Assembly (NCBI GenBank): GCA_963837175.1
Contig: CAWIMJ010000012.1
Coordinates: 1-64,000, forward strand
Direction: 5' to 3'
DNA: 64,000 nucleotides
Source: an uncultured Nitrososphaeraceae archaeon
GTDB lineage: Archaea > Thermoproteota > Nitrososphaeria > Nitrososphaerales > Nitrososphaeraceae
Below the pieces are notes generated by a model. The model was not told the DNA's origin. It worked only from the letters and a program-made list of their open reading frames with translations, and ran no database searches. Numbering within the stretch: the first letter of the stretch is position 1; each line of letters opens with the position of its first letter. This document shows, one piece after another, positions 10,706-21,627 of this stretch. Position numbers and translations under genes: made by a program.

Positions 10706-11074
10706 ATGAAGAAGGAGTTTATCGTCTCAAAAATTGAGGCTTCTCAAGATGGGAGTCCTTATTTTTACGTTATGTTGACTGATACCAGAGGTAATTTTAC
10801 TTCCACTAGAAGACAGCAAGGATTCCCCGAAAATCCTTTTGGAGTAGCAGCCATACCTATTACTTCATTAGATGATTTGAAGAATTTACCAAAGAAAATA
10901 TCTGATGCAATAGAAGGCGCATTTGGCGACGGTAGAAACAATATATCATCATCAGAATCTACCACCTTTAAAATGAATGCAAGAGAATATGAAGAACTTG
11001 GCATAAAAATAGGAGATAAAGTTACTCTAGAAATTAAGATATCTAATAATAATAATAATAATATCAAACCATGA
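10706..11074 (+). CDS. Conserved thaumarchaeal hypothetical protein
   Basis: MKKEFIVSKIEASQDGSPY start and EYEELGIKIGDKVTLEI end; clean ORF. Confidence 0.75.
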   Translation: MKKEFIVSKIEASQDGSPYFYVMLTDTRGNFTSTRRQQGFPENPFGVAAIPITSLDDLKNLPKKISDAIEGAFGDGRNNISSSESTTFKMNAREYEELGIKIGDKVTLEIKISNNNNNNIKP

Positions 11075-11424
11075 GCTGAAGGTTTTAAGAGATAAAGATA
11101 TCTTCACTGTTTTCAGATTGTAGATCAGTTTATCTTCTAATACATTTGAACTGCAAAAGATGTTAGGCTTCTTTTGGAATAAGAGAAATATATTATACTC
11201 TACTTTTTTTATTTTATAGGAATCACTAAAAAGGACTGATATCGTAACTGGTTCGATGAGATGCAATACAGTAGGTTATGTAATCCACTTGCGCTATGTA
11301 AAATGATTTAGTCTAAGATACTTATTCTAATTTGTTTTTAACTCACGATATAGTTTGTCTAAAATTCCAAGTAAGTTTATTTAAATAATATTTATGGAAA
11401 TTATTCTATATTTACTTAATGGGA

Positions 11425-11750
11425 TTTTCCCCTAACTTAGAACAATCATTTTATCTTTATCTTTAATCCCTATGTCATTATCATTTTGAACTATTTCCCA
11501 CAATTTTCTCGTTACTTCATTTCATCCTGTAATACATCTTATACTCAAACAGGGTATCTTCATTCAGATACATTTCTACGTTCTTTTTTGCTTCTTGTTT
11601 GATAAATGTAAATCTCTGCTTACCGTTGATTGACAAACATTCAATTCTTATGCTATTTCTGACTGAGTTAAACCTTTGCTGTATAATGAGATTATCTTCG
11701 ATAATCTATTTTCCTTTTCAAAGTCTAAGATAATAGATGTTGATTGTGCA
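11425..11750 (-). pseudogene. HTH protein relic of the type found in integrated elements
   Basis: Manual translation KENRLSKIISLYSKGLTQSEIA*..ELNVCQSTVSRDLHFIKQEAKKNVE with stop and frameshifts. Confidence 0.6.
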
Positions 11751-11933
11751 CAATTGTTATATCCTTACCGACTCGAGAAATGAATAAAATAATAATAATA
11801 ATAGTAATTTCTGTCTCTCATCCAGGTATTCTTATTCAGTCTAAATATAATGAAATCCGATAATGATACAATGAACTGTGATTCGAATTCTATAGATTTA
11901 ATTCTGAACCCCTCTCTCTTTTCCTTATCACAT

Positions 11934-12230
11934 TCAATGAACTGGATTATTTTCAAAGAAGTCGAAACGATCTTTGAATGATATTATAGGATGACTTTCT
12001 ATATAGCAACTATCAAGCAATCCTCTATTAAGTAGTTGTAACATTTCCTTTTCATTTTCTATTTCAATTAAAAAGAAGTGACCTCTGCTATCTGCAAATT
12101 GTCCTCCTTCTACTAATTTACCAGAATCCATTATTCTTTTTATTTGTTCATCTACAAGTTCGGCTTGTCTTTTTAGATCTGGAGCATTTTGGATAGTTTC
12201 AAATACTTTTGTAATAACTAAAAATCTCAT
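11934..12230 (-). CDS. Small dimeric alpha/beta-barrel protein (YCII/DUF3303/muconolactone-isomerase-like)
   Basis: MRFLV start; SGKLVEGGQFADSRGHFFLIEIE; ESHPI. Confidence 0.6.
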   Translation of the reverse strand: MRFLVITKVFETIQNAPDLKRQAELVDEQIKRIMDSGKLVEGGQFADSRGHFFLIEIENEKEMLQLLNRGLLDSCYIESHPIISFKDRFDFFENNPVH

Positions 12231-12550
12231 TTTTTTTATCTTTCAGCTATATTAAATCAGGATTATTTATACTCTATAGAATCTATTATAGATATCAGTC
12301 ATTATATTTCCAGATATGCCATAGAAAGAACAGACAATATCTCAAGCCAAAGGTTCTATAGTAAGAATCGATGAACACAACTATAGAGTCTAATCAGATT
12401 CATGTAACAGAGGCCTAAGTTATTGCTATCAAATTTGGGCTATGCTTCTCAAAGTTACAAAAGCTTGAGTATAAACCACTGAATATCTCCCCCTGGTTAC
12501 ATATCTTCAACGGTTAGTGAGCGTTTTTTAATATTAAGGAAAAAAACAAT

Positions 12551-13843
12551 TCAGAAAGGATTAGTATTGCTGCTTGGTAAAGGATTAACTTGCTTCATAG
12601 ATTTATGTATCATTATGACGAAAACTAATATGGCTAATACTATAATCCAACCAGATAAGCCGAAGGAATATTTCAATATCTGAAGTGAAGAGCTCCGAAT
12701 ATACTCCGAAGGAGAAGAAGACAACAGCTGTGCTAGAACAAAATCTCCAACTGCTCGGATACTTAAAGATAGGATGATCAAAAGCAAAGGTATTTTATTG
12801 AAATTAGTAAAATGAATTATTTTTCCAATTATTGGAGGAAGCATTAGCGGCAAATATAATGCCATAGTAAGTCCGATAAATCCTATAGCAATACTATGAA
12901 TTACAAGGTCATAAAAAACAAAGTATTGACCAACTATACTAAATAAAATGGCTATAGCAATGCCTATAAAAAGAAACAAAAATGATACTTTAACATGAAT
13001 AACGGTAAAGTTATAGCGAGCCTTCTTTTCTCCCTGAATAAGACGCAGAATCTCTCTGTTATCAAATCCTCCAAATGCATAAATTGCACTTGCAAAAGTC
13101 AATGCGGACACAAATAATGTAACATTAAAAATTATTGGAAGTAGTGGAATATTCATATCTATAACAGATACAAGGCCTATAATTATACAAATGGAAATGA
13201 AAACTAATGAAGCAATAGCTGAGGTTTTCCTCGGTCTTATGAATCCAAGAAAAGATGGTAGTGTCTTGTACTCAATTCCAAAAATCATGAGTACTGGAAA
13301 GAGTAACCATAACTGAATATTAGTTAGTGAATTAGCATATCCATATCCTGATAGTTCAATCATATTAACAGTTAGTAAAGTAACGAGAGAAAGAGTAATA
13401 AAATAATCTGATAATCCCAAGAGCTTTGGTCTAACTCTCAATGTCCAGAATACTATTATTAGAAAGATAATTACTCCAGAAAGTCTTGAAATCATGGTCC
13501 ATATTAACAAATTTTTATCATCGTCTACTGTCTGTATGAATCGGAAAATCAAAGAAGCAAGTATTAGAAGGAAAGAAACATATGCAAGCTTTACAGAAGC
13601 AAGCTGTATATTTCTGAACCTTGGGACTATCATATAGCCTATGCCCATTATAAACAATGTAAGAAAGCCATCCATTTGTAGCATTTTATGAAGTTGAAAT
13701 GTGCCATGGAACCATGGAGGCAGACCTATGCCGAATATCGACATCATCCATATTGAACCAATGGATGATCCTAGAAATAGAATGATTACAGCTGTAATTA
13801 TGAATGGTTTACTTGCAGAGGCATAATTGATAGGATTGGCCAA
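12551..13843 (-). CDS. NnrS-like polytopic membrane protein
   Basis: About 12 hydrophobic segments; HKMLQMDGFLTLFIMG...PRF and IHSIAIGFIG motifs. Confidence 0.65.
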   Translation of the reverse strand: MANPINYASASKPFIITAVIILFLGSSIGSIWMMSIFGIGLPPWFHGTFQLHKMLQMDGFLTLFIMGIGYMIVPRFRNIQLASVKLAYVSFLLILASLIFRFIQTVDDDKNLLIWTMISRLSGVIIFLIIVFWTLRVRPKLLGLSDYFITLSLVTLLTVNMIELSGYGYANSLTNIQLWLLFPVLMIFGIEYKTLPSFLGFIRPRKTSAIASLVFISICIIIGLVSVIDMNIPLLPIIFNVTLFVSALTFASAIYAFGGFDNREILRLIQGEKKARYNFTVIHVKVSFLFLFIGIAIAILFSIVGQYFVFYDLVIHSIAIGFIGLTMALYLPLMLPPIIGKIIHFTNFNKIPLLLIILSLSIRAVGDFVLAQLLSSSPSEYIRSSSLQILKYSFGLSGWIIVLAILVFVIMIHKSMKQVNPLPSSNTNPF

Positions 13844-13960
13844 ATACTGATTCTGTTGAGAGTTTTTATTTGGGCTCTATTTTATCGTTACAAAAATCAA
13901 AAATATTTGTGTAAGTCAGATTTGATCAAGATTTATATTTTTTGAACTGAAGATACTTGC

Positions 13961-15025
13961 TTGTGTATGAATCAACAGAAAATTGACCAACTTACGGAAA
14001 GGATTCTTAATGAGACACTCTCTGCAATGAGTTGTCTTAACTTGTATTTGGGACATAGGCTAAATCTATTTCAATCTATAGTTGAGTCTGGTCCCATAAG
14101 TTCAGTAGAATTATCTAATAAAACCAAATATTCTGAACGTTATCTACGTGAATGGTTGGAATGTATGACGGTTCTTGGTTACATAGAACATGATCCTGCA
14201 ACAAATAGGTTTAGCATCCCCCAAGAACACGCAGCAGTATTATGTGAACGTGATAATAGTGCATATACAGTTCCTTTTGTTTATTGCATTCCAAGTTTTG
14301 CGTCAGTTATGAATAAATTGCTTGAAGCATTTAGAACTGGCAAAGGTGTTCCATATTCTGCCTATGGACAAGACTTGATATTCGCACAAGGAGAAGGAAA
14401 TAGGCCAATGTTTCTCAATGATATGGGTAGGTGGATTTCCTCTATGCCAGATGTTGAGAGCAAACTAAAATCACAAGGAGGACGTGTTCTTGAAGTGGGA
14501 TGTGGTGATGGCTGGGCAAGTATTGCATTAGCTCAATTATTTCCCATGGTTAAAATAGACTGTATTGATGCAGATTCTTCTTCTATAGAAAATGCTTCAA
14601 GAAATGTACAAGAAGCAGGCTTGTCTGATAGAATTTCATTACATTTAACCACTATAGAGAAAGCATCCCTTAAAGAAAAATATGATTTGGTGATGACCTT
14701 TGAATCAGTACATGATATAGCCTATCCAATTAGAGCTTTACAAAAAATGAGAGAAACACTGGCTCCAAGAGGTACACTTCTTGTTGGTGATGTCAAGATG
14801 AAAGAAGTACTTGGAGAGAAAAATGATTTTGCAGGCAGGTTTTATTATAATTTTAGTGTGTTGCTCTGTCTTCCACAATCTATGGCTTATCCTGACTCTG
14901 AAGCGACAGGAGCAGCTATGACTCCTTCAACTTTCAAAAAGTATGCAAAAGAAGCAGGATTCTCAAAAATTGATGTTTTACCAGTAAAGCATTTCATATG
15001 GGAATTTTATCGTTTGGCACAATAA
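13961..15025 (+). CDS. Class I SAM-dependent methyltransferase with N-terminal winged HTH (Rv2258c-like)
   Basis: ERYLREWL, VLEVGCGDG, FESVHD and LCLPQSMA motifs. Confidence 0.9.
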   Translation: MCMNQQKIDQLTERILNETLSAMSCLNLYLGHRLNLFQSIVESGPISSVELSNKTKYSERYLREWLECMTVLGYIEHDPATNRFSIPQEHAAVLCERDNSAYTVPFVYCIPSFASVMNKLLEAFRTGKGVPYSAYGQDLIFAQGEGNRPMFLNDMGRWISSMPDVESKLKSQGGRVLEVGCGDGWASIALAQLFPMVKIDCIDADSSSIENASRNVQEAGLSDRISLHLTTIEKASLKEKYDLVMTFESVHDIAYPIRALQKMRETLAPRGTLLVGDVKMKEVLGEKNDFAGRFYYNFSVLLCLPQSMAYPDSEATGAAMTPSTFKKYAKEAGFSKIDVLPVKHFIWEFYRLAQ

Positions 15026-15231
15026 AAAAAAGTAAAAATAATCTCAAGAGATCACGTTATAATAATAATAATAAGCAAACAGTTAAGCAGATATATAATA
15101 TGGTTAGTCTAAACTTTTTTTGCACAAGGAAAATAATAAAAGCACCTGCATTTCCTTACTCGCTTACTCATTTCAGTATACCAGCAATATTTATTCTATA
15201 CTCAGCAGTATAAGAACCCGTATAGTTAGCA

Positions 15232-15277
15232 GGTTCACTGGGATTCAAGATAGAATTGACTCATATTTACCACCCAG
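15232..15277 (+). repeat. Dispersed semi-palindromic element, copy 1
   Basis: GGTTC-N10-AAGATAGAATTGACTC-ATATTTACCACCC. Confidence 0.7.
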
Positions 15278-15749
15278 ATTATATTTCATAAACGTAGTTT
15301 AATTAGTAAAGATAGAAAATTAATGCACCTCAAGGAATTCAATAGTATATTTTATAACATTTTAATTATTTATTCCAAAGCAATAGATAAAGTTTCAAAC
15401 TATCTATATTCAGAGGATTTATGTCCCGCCTATGAAATAGTTCTGATAATTCATATTTAGATCTTCTATTTCAACTTCAAAATTGAAATGGATTTGTCAT
15501 AAGGAAATAACGATAGATAACCTGATTAAAAGTCAATGAATGGTATTGTATACCTTTACTAGGATACATTACCATATGATGGTAAAATAAGTAATATAGT
15601 TTTTTTATCTAGCACTAATTTGAGAATTATCTATTAACAGAAAAGAGTTATGGGAATCCATATATTAAGAACTATATTCAAATTTCTATTTTAATTAAAA
15701 ATAATTAGTTTAATTTCTAATCACCTTTTTATAATTGTTTTCAAATAGA

Positions 15750-15979
15750 ATGTCAACATTACAAAAACTACATTGGCAATAATTGCCATCGTTGCAGTAT
15801 TAGCAGCAGTAGCGCCATCATTTCTGAATAGTGCATCTGCAAAAATATCTCCTCCATCATGTACAACCTCAAGTGGTCAAACACCGCCAGGACAACAACC
15901 AGTATGTAATGGTGGAGGACTAGAACAAAAGCCAGCAAAGAATCCAGCAGGCCATGAGCCGCCAGGACAACAACCTTAA
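15750..15979 (+). CDS. Small secreted Pro/Gly/Gln-rich peptide with two Cys
   Basis: Signal peptide ending ASA; PPGQQP occurs twice; ATG at 15750 joins the ORF if one A is restored in the A-run near 15762, otherwise TTG start at 15773. Confidence 0.7.
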
Positions 15980-16122
15980 ATGATGCGCTGTCCCCTTTTT
16001 TTAATACATTTTCAAGTGATTAATTCCTCTTCCATTTACATAGTATATTTTGTCTCTCTTATTCTGTAAATAAAAATATCTGGTTTGTAATTATTATCTC
16101 TCTATTGATCAAAATAATATAA

Positions 16123-16304
16123 TTAAAATCCCTTAATATGCGATCTTATTTTTTTCTCTTAAGTCGAGTCATTAAATCTTCTGTTTTATATCCATGATCT
16201 TTCAATGTATGTTAGTCAGCATTTTTCATAATTTCCTCTTCTGTTTTTCCCTTGTAAATGTAGTCACAGTCCATACCTACTTCTCTACATGAGACAATTA
16301 ACAT
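16123..16304 (-). pseudogene. DUF1059-like small metal-binding protein with premature stop
   Basis: MLIVSCREVGMDCDYIYKGKTEEEIMKNAD*HTLKDHG. Confidence 0.75.
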
Positions 16305-16403
16305 TGTTTCTTTATTAAAGAACGCAATAATAAATTTGAAATAATATATTTGTATAAATAAATCTAGCACAAAAATACTTCTTAGCTGTATGTAAACTCT
16401 ACG

Positions 16404-16450
16404 GGTTCGGTGGGAAGCAAGACAGATTTGACTCAATAATTCCACCTACC
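16404..16450 (+). repeat. Dispersed semi-palindromic element, copy 2
   Basis: GGTTCGGTGGGAAGC-AAGACAGATTTGACTC-AATAATTCCACCTACC. Confidence 0.8.
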
Positions 16451-16529
16451 AACATCGCAAATAATGCATTATATACATTAATTGTATAAAGTTCAAATAG
16501 CGTATGGATTGTGAAATAATATAACAATA

Positions 16530-17516
16530 TTGAAAATCAAAAATCAAACGGTCTTGGCTGCAATAATATTATCTGGTATTATATTAGTTAACAGTAATAA
16601 TTTTAGTTCCCTTGTAGCTGCATATAGCCAAGGACAGAATATCAATAGCACTTCATTCTCATCTTCCTCTTTCCAGTCCAAAGCCGCTATGATAGACAAT
16701 ATGCCATCTCAAAAAGTTACAGTAGGTGATATAAATATGGCATATAAACAATTGAACAAAGGTGGTGCTAAGCCAATGATTCTAATCACTGGACTTGGTG
16801 CTACCATGGATATGTGGAATCCCCTTCTATTAGAGCAACTATCATCGTCAAATCATACAGTAATTATTTTTGATAATCGAGGAGCAGGAGAATCGACTGC
16901 AGGAACAAAAGAATTTTCAATCAGTCAGTTTACAAACGATACAGCGGGTTTGCTTGAAGCTTTAAAAATAGACAAAGCTGACGTTCTAGGTTGGTCTATG
17001 GGTTCATTTATCGCTCAGGAATTGGCGTTAACAAACCCAGACAAAATTAATAGCCTTATTCTCTATGCCTCAGGCTGTGGTGGCCAGGATGCTGAGCCTC
17101 CAAGTCCTGAAGTAATACAGACCTTTACCAATATTTCATCGATTACTCCGCAAGAACTAGGACAGAAACTTATATCTTTATTATTTCCAACTGACTGGTT
17201 CAAAGCAAATCCAAATTATCTAAACTACTTTCCAATTCCTAAAGAATCAGTGTCTCCTGAAATAATGGGAAAACAATCAGAAGCAATAGCAAACTGGACT
17301 GGTACATGCAATGCTATTACTAAGATTACTCAACCTACTTTGATTATAGTTGGAACAGATGATGCATTTACTCCGGCGCTAAATTCATTAATGCTAGTAG
17401 AAAGAATTCCTTCGCCATGGCTTGTTCAGATAAAAAATGCTGGACACGGGCTGATGTATCAGTTTCCTGATGAGTTTAACAGAATACTAATGACATTCCT
17501 AGAATATAATAGTTAA
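16530..17516 (+). CDS. Secreted alpha/beta hydrolase
   Basis: Signal peptide; DNRGAG, GWSMG nucleophile elbow, GTDD and AGH catalytic motifs. Confidence 0.9.
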   Translation: MKIKNQTVLAAIILSGIILVNSNNFSSLVAAYSQGQNINSTSFSSSSFQSKAAMIDNMPSQKVTVGDINMAYKQLNKGGAKPMILITGLGATMDMWNPLLLEQLSSSNHTVIIFDNRGAGESTAGTKEFSISQFTNDTAGLLEALKIDKADVLGWSMGSFIAQELALTNPDKINSLILYASGCGGQDAEPPSPEVIQTFTNISSITPQELGQKLISLLFPTDWFKANPNYLNYFPIPKESVSPEIMGKQSEAIANWTGTCNAITKITQPTLIIVGTDDAFTPALNSLMLVERIPSPWLVQIKNAGHGLMYQFPDEFNRILMTFLEYNS

Positions 17517-18119
17517 ATGCGTGAAGAATAGTTAACATAGATTTAGCATCATCATAGACACTACAACTTTTCACTTTATGAGTGTTGATATGGTGCTAAA
17601 AGTAGGCTCTAATATGCTTAAGAATAGTGAGTTTTCAGTTTTATGTCGTTTCATGATAAATGTTTAACTAGTTATACTATATACTCCAAGTTCACGCACA
17701 TCAGTAATCAGACACTAGTCTTTTTATTTTTCCTTCATCGGAAGGCCTATAATGTGATTGAAGGCAGCAATCTCCTTTCCTATAGATACTACTCTTTTGT
17801 TCAGTTACAATGGCTGAAGGCTCTGAAGGCTTTGTAGGAATGCTAGGATCTTTATTATACTCTGGTTTGGAATATCTTTAAAAAACTCCTTATATCTGGT
17901 GTTTTCTGATGGAAGAGTGTCCATTATTTTCAATTACATTATTATTATTCTCTTGTGAAGAACCTGTCAGTTCCATAGCAGTAAACTCTAAAGACAACTC
18001 TTACTCTAGGTAATCATTTTATGACTTTGATATTTCGGAAGCAGAGGCTGATAAGCCAAAAATCCTCTACCTTAACTTCTATCCCATCTTCATGTGGAGG
18101 CATTCTCTCTTCTCTTAAC

Positions 18120-19394
18120 CTATTGTGTCTTTTTTTCTATCCATTTCATAAAGGTAAAACGTGCAAAAGTTATTCCAGCTACTAGCTGTGAAAATATATT
18201 GTCTTCATATAAACTTGCATCTATATCTCTCCCACCACTTTTGAGTGATTTTATATATGTACTCCTTGCAAATTCTTCTACCAACTTTGCAAGGTTGCCG
18301 CTTATGACATAATGGTTAAACAATCCAACATAATCATCATTTCCTAAAGAGATTAATTGTACCTTGATAATATATTCAAATTTTTCATCTGGCAAAGACC
18401 TTACGTCACTACCATCAATGAAGTGTTTTGGGATAAGTTTTGAAAGATATTTTGCTTCTCTAATTGCAATCTGAGCTAAAGGTGGATATAATTTTCCATT
18501 CTCATCTTTAACTGCAGCTATATCCCCTATCGAAAAAATATTTGGATATCTATCAATCTGACAAAATTCATTTACAATTATTTTACCATCTTTAGTTTTT
18601 TCAACTTCCGGATCTATTGGTATATCATACCCTTTAACTCCTGCAGTCCAAATAGTAAGAGATGATTGAATCTGTGATGCAGCACCATTGCTAAGATAAA
18701 TTCTACTGCCACAATTTTCGACTTTAGTAACTGGAGAGCTAGTCATTATTCTTATTCCTTTCTTATGTAATACTTCGTTTACTTTCTTAACCAAACGTTC
18801 ATTCCATCCTGAAAGAATAGTTGGGAGTGCTTCTATAATTGTTATAGAAAGACTGTCTGTTTTTTTACTGTCCCTTATAAAATCAGATAGTGCTCCTGCA
18901 AGGCTCACACCTGTGGCTCCTCCTCCCACTATTACGATATTTTGCTTTTTATTTAATTTGATAGGTGTGCTTATCCTATCATAGATCATCGATGCATCGG
19001 AAATAGATCGTAATGGTAAACTATTTTCTTCAGCTCCTCTAATTTTAAAATACTTTGTAGAAGCACCCAGACATATTATAAGAATATCATATTTAATTTC
19101 AGTTGATTCTAAAACAACTAAATTTTTATCTGGTCTTATTTGTTTTGTAGTAGATTGAATGAATTTTATATCCATTCCATCTATTAATCTTAAAATTGGT
19201 ATTTTTACTTCATTTGCTGTTCTAAAGCCTGTAGCTACTAAATGAATCTCTTGAAGCAATTGATGATATGGATTTCTATCAATAAGTATTACCTCTCCTG
19301 CTTTCCCCTTGAGATATCGAGCAATGTTAGTGGCTAAAAATATTCCAGCATAGCCTGCTCCAAGTATAACTATTCTTTTATCATATGAGCTCAT
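18120..19394 (-). CDS. Type II NADH dehydrogenase-like FAD-dependent oxidoreductase
   Basis: GAGYAG and GGGATG dinucleotide motifs; WTAGV, IGDIA, PPLAQIA. Confidence 0.88.
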   Translation of the reverse strand: MSSYDKRIVILGAGYAGIFLATNIARYLKGKAGEVILIDRNPYHQLLQEIHLVATGFRTANEVKIPILRLIDGMDIKFIQSTTKQIRPDKNLVVLESTEIKYDILIICLGASTKYFKIRGAEENSLPLRSISDASMIYDRISTPIKLNKKQNIVIVGGGATGVSLAGALSDFIRDSKKTDSLSITIIEALPTILSGWNERLVKKVNEVLHKKGIRIMTSSPVTKVENCGSRIYLSNGAASQIQSSLTIWTAGVKGYDIPIDPEVEKTKDGKIIVNEFCQIDRYPNIFSIGDIAAVKDENGKLYPPLAQIAIREAKYLSKLIPKHFIDGSDVRSLPDEKFEYIIKVQLISLGNDDYVGLFNHYVISGNLAKLVEEFARSTYIKSLKSGGRDIDASLYEDNIFSQLVAGITFARFTFMKWIEKKTQ

Positions 19395-19928
19395 CTTTTG
19401 TCCTTCTATTAGAGAATAATTACTTCTGTGAGAAGGCTATTAATATTAATATCCTCCATTACAGCAGGCCATCCTTTACGGCATTGTCTTCTTGTTTCGA
19501 GTCTTTAGAGCGTACATGAAGACAGTCATTGCATCGGCTCATGCTCTTGTAATTGTTGTTGTTCTTTAGTTATAGTAGACAAATGTTCTTTCCTACTATA
19601 ATATTACAGTGTAGGTTAAAATAAAAAGTCAAGATTAGGATGATCTGCTCTCTTAGTGAGGATATCGGTTCTTATTGGATTCTAACATTTAATTAAACAG
19701 CAGAACAAATTTTAATATCAATTGTCATCCTCTTCTTTGATTTAGTTACCATGTCATAATAAGTGGATTGAATATTTTTATGACATTTATTAAAATTAGA
19801 TAACTAACTCCTAACTCTATCTTATTTTATGATATTCATATTATTTAAAACTGAAATTATATGTTGCGCGCAAATTATGCATCTTGCTTTGGTATATATG
19901 GGAATGATTTGAACCTGTCATAATGATA

Positions 19929-20378
19929 CTAGATATCTATCATGCGCTTTTTATAATCCCACTTAAATATAGCGGCTGGTACAATTTCTATTGCAACCTC
20001 ATTTTGCAGATGCTCTTTAGATAGTAGTAGTTTATATAATTTTAATGATGATATTGTTGTCTCTTTTCCCGTCAAGTATTTTTGTATCAGCATACGTAGA
20101 ATTTCTTCACCTTTATTTTCTACTATTGATGCTTTACCATAACCTCTGACGCCTCGATAGGGAAAAGAATCTCCTGCAATTTCGAAGCCACATTTTGGAT
20201 TTTTCCTCAAATATTTGACTACCTTAGCTGTATTTTGTGTGGCACAATAAACCTTCTCATTCAGATACGTATACCATAATGAAACAACTATAGGCCAATC
20301 CGAGATAGACATACAAGCTAACCGTATAGGTATTTTGCTATTTGTTAAGCATTCCATTATTATATCCTCAGAGACCAT
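19929..20378 (-). CDS. Pyridoxamine 5'-phosphate oxidase-like (split-barrel flavin/F420-binding) protein
   Basis: RLAC..WPIVVSLWY, KVVKYLRKNP, PYRGVRGYG and WDY motifs. Confidence 0.82.
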   Translation of the reverse strand: MVSEDIIMECLTNSKIPIRLACMSISDWPIVVSLWYTYLNEKVYCATQNTAKVVKYLRKNPKCGFEIAGDSFPYRGVRGYGKASIVENKGEEILRMLIQKYLTGKETTISSLKLYKLLLSKEHLQNEVAIEIVPAAIFKWDYKKRMIDI

Positions 20379-20532
20379 AACAGTAAGATTTTATCTCTGC
20401 ATAATCTACTTATACAATAAATATTTTCTGGGCTAGCTAAAAACATGTTGTTGAGATTGATTTACTCGGTTTGTCTTCATATCATCATCAAGAGTAGATT
20501 TGATCTTTTCCTTCTACGGAGCGCATAATATA

Positions 20533-21132
20533 TCAAATACCTACTTCTTGAATAGGTAGCAAACTCTTTAGAACTCCCATGCATCTATTGGCGAGATTCT
20601 GATTAGTAGTAAAAAATCCTCTATATCTTCCAGCTTCAAATTCTTCAGCAATTAAGGCGCAACCTTCGTCTTGAGCAAGTGCGATAATGACCCAGTTCTT
20701 TTCCAAGCCTGAACGATTGCTGTCAATGATCTCTGTATTGGGTAGCCTGATTCCAGCAGCGAGTCCTTTGCCCCCTATCAAATACAACTTCTTTGTAAGT
20801 GATGCCATCTCAGTATATTGTTCTTTTACACTATTGAAATTGCTAACTCTTTGAAACAACGATAACAATACAAATTTGTTAAATGGTGGTTTTATTCTAA
20901 CAATATTCTCGATTCCTCTGCTAAGCAAAAGCATGTTCTTTCTAGATGTAGTATAGAAACATTCGTGCCAGCTTTCCGGCGCCACAAAATAGTTGTTTGG
21001 ATAATTCAGAGTATTATTGTAATCGGCTTCAATCTGATCAGATGGAAGATTCTTTCCCCTAAAGTCAGATATTAACTGTGAGAATGGATTGAGTGTATTT
21101 GGTGGAGAGCTGGAAAGATCAATGTTTGACAT
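20533..21132 (-). CDS. Stand-alone DICT sensory-domain protein
   Basis: LLSRGIEN, LFQRVSNF, NWVIIA, CALIA and YRGFFT match the DICT pattern. Confidence 0.7.
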   Translation of the reverse strand: MSNIDLSSSPPNTLNPFSQLISDFRGKNLPSDQIEADYNNTLNYPNNYFVAPESWHECFYTTSRKNMLLLSRGIENIVRIKPPFNKFVLLSLFQRVSNFNSVKEQYTEMASLTKKLYLIGGKGLAAGIRLPNTEIIDSNRSGLEKNWVIIALAQDEGCALIAEEFEAGRYRGFFTTNQNLANRCMGVLKSLLPIQEVGI

Positions 21133-21307
21133 GAGACATTACAATACTAGTCATGTTCCGGTATAAGAGATTTTCTTATTATCTCTTATCTCTTATCTCG
21201 ATGATCATGGATCACAAAACTGAAGTAGTTTCAAGTCTTTAATGCTTAAAGTTATCTCATGATTTTAAAATCTAGTATTGTTTTTTTGACAAAACTAAAA
21301 CTAAGCA

Positions 21308-21353
21308 GGCTAGGTGGAATGTAAAAGACAGATTTGACTCCATTTTGCCATCC
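21308..21353 (+). repeat. Dispersed semi-palindromic element, copy 3
   Basis: GGCTAGGTGGAATGTAA-AAGACAGATTTGACTC-CATTTTGCCATCC. Confidence 0.8.
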
Positions 21354-21627
21354 AATTTCTTTCACATTATTTCTTTTGAAGTGATCTACTTGACCTTAGT
21401 TTTTATTATCTAACGCAGCTTTAATAGTTCTTTAAAAGTCACTAGCATTATAAGAACATTATTAGCTTTGCCTTTTGGTGTCATTTGTTTGCTATTAATC
21501 GTTAATATAATACTGTCAAGAGTACAATACTGACAGGCCACGAACTAGTAAAACCGTAGTTCTATTACATATTTCAAAAACCTTTACAAAAAGATTTTAA
21601 TTATAAGCAAATAAAATAATATTTTGA

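Noticed and set aside
12318-12412. N-terminal relic of a SWIM-type DDE transposase (IVRIDEHNYRV)
   Set aside because: Too short and broken to call confidently; no element ends seen
13913-13928. Further copies of the dispersed element (also near 38923 and 56655)
   Set aside because: Too degenerate to separate from chance in AT-rich DNA without a profile search
19485-19530. Hammerhead-like motif on the minus strand (CUAAAGA..GAAAC inside a UGUCUUC/GAAGACA stem)
   Set aside because: The core deviates from CUGAnGA, and stems I and II are essentially missing
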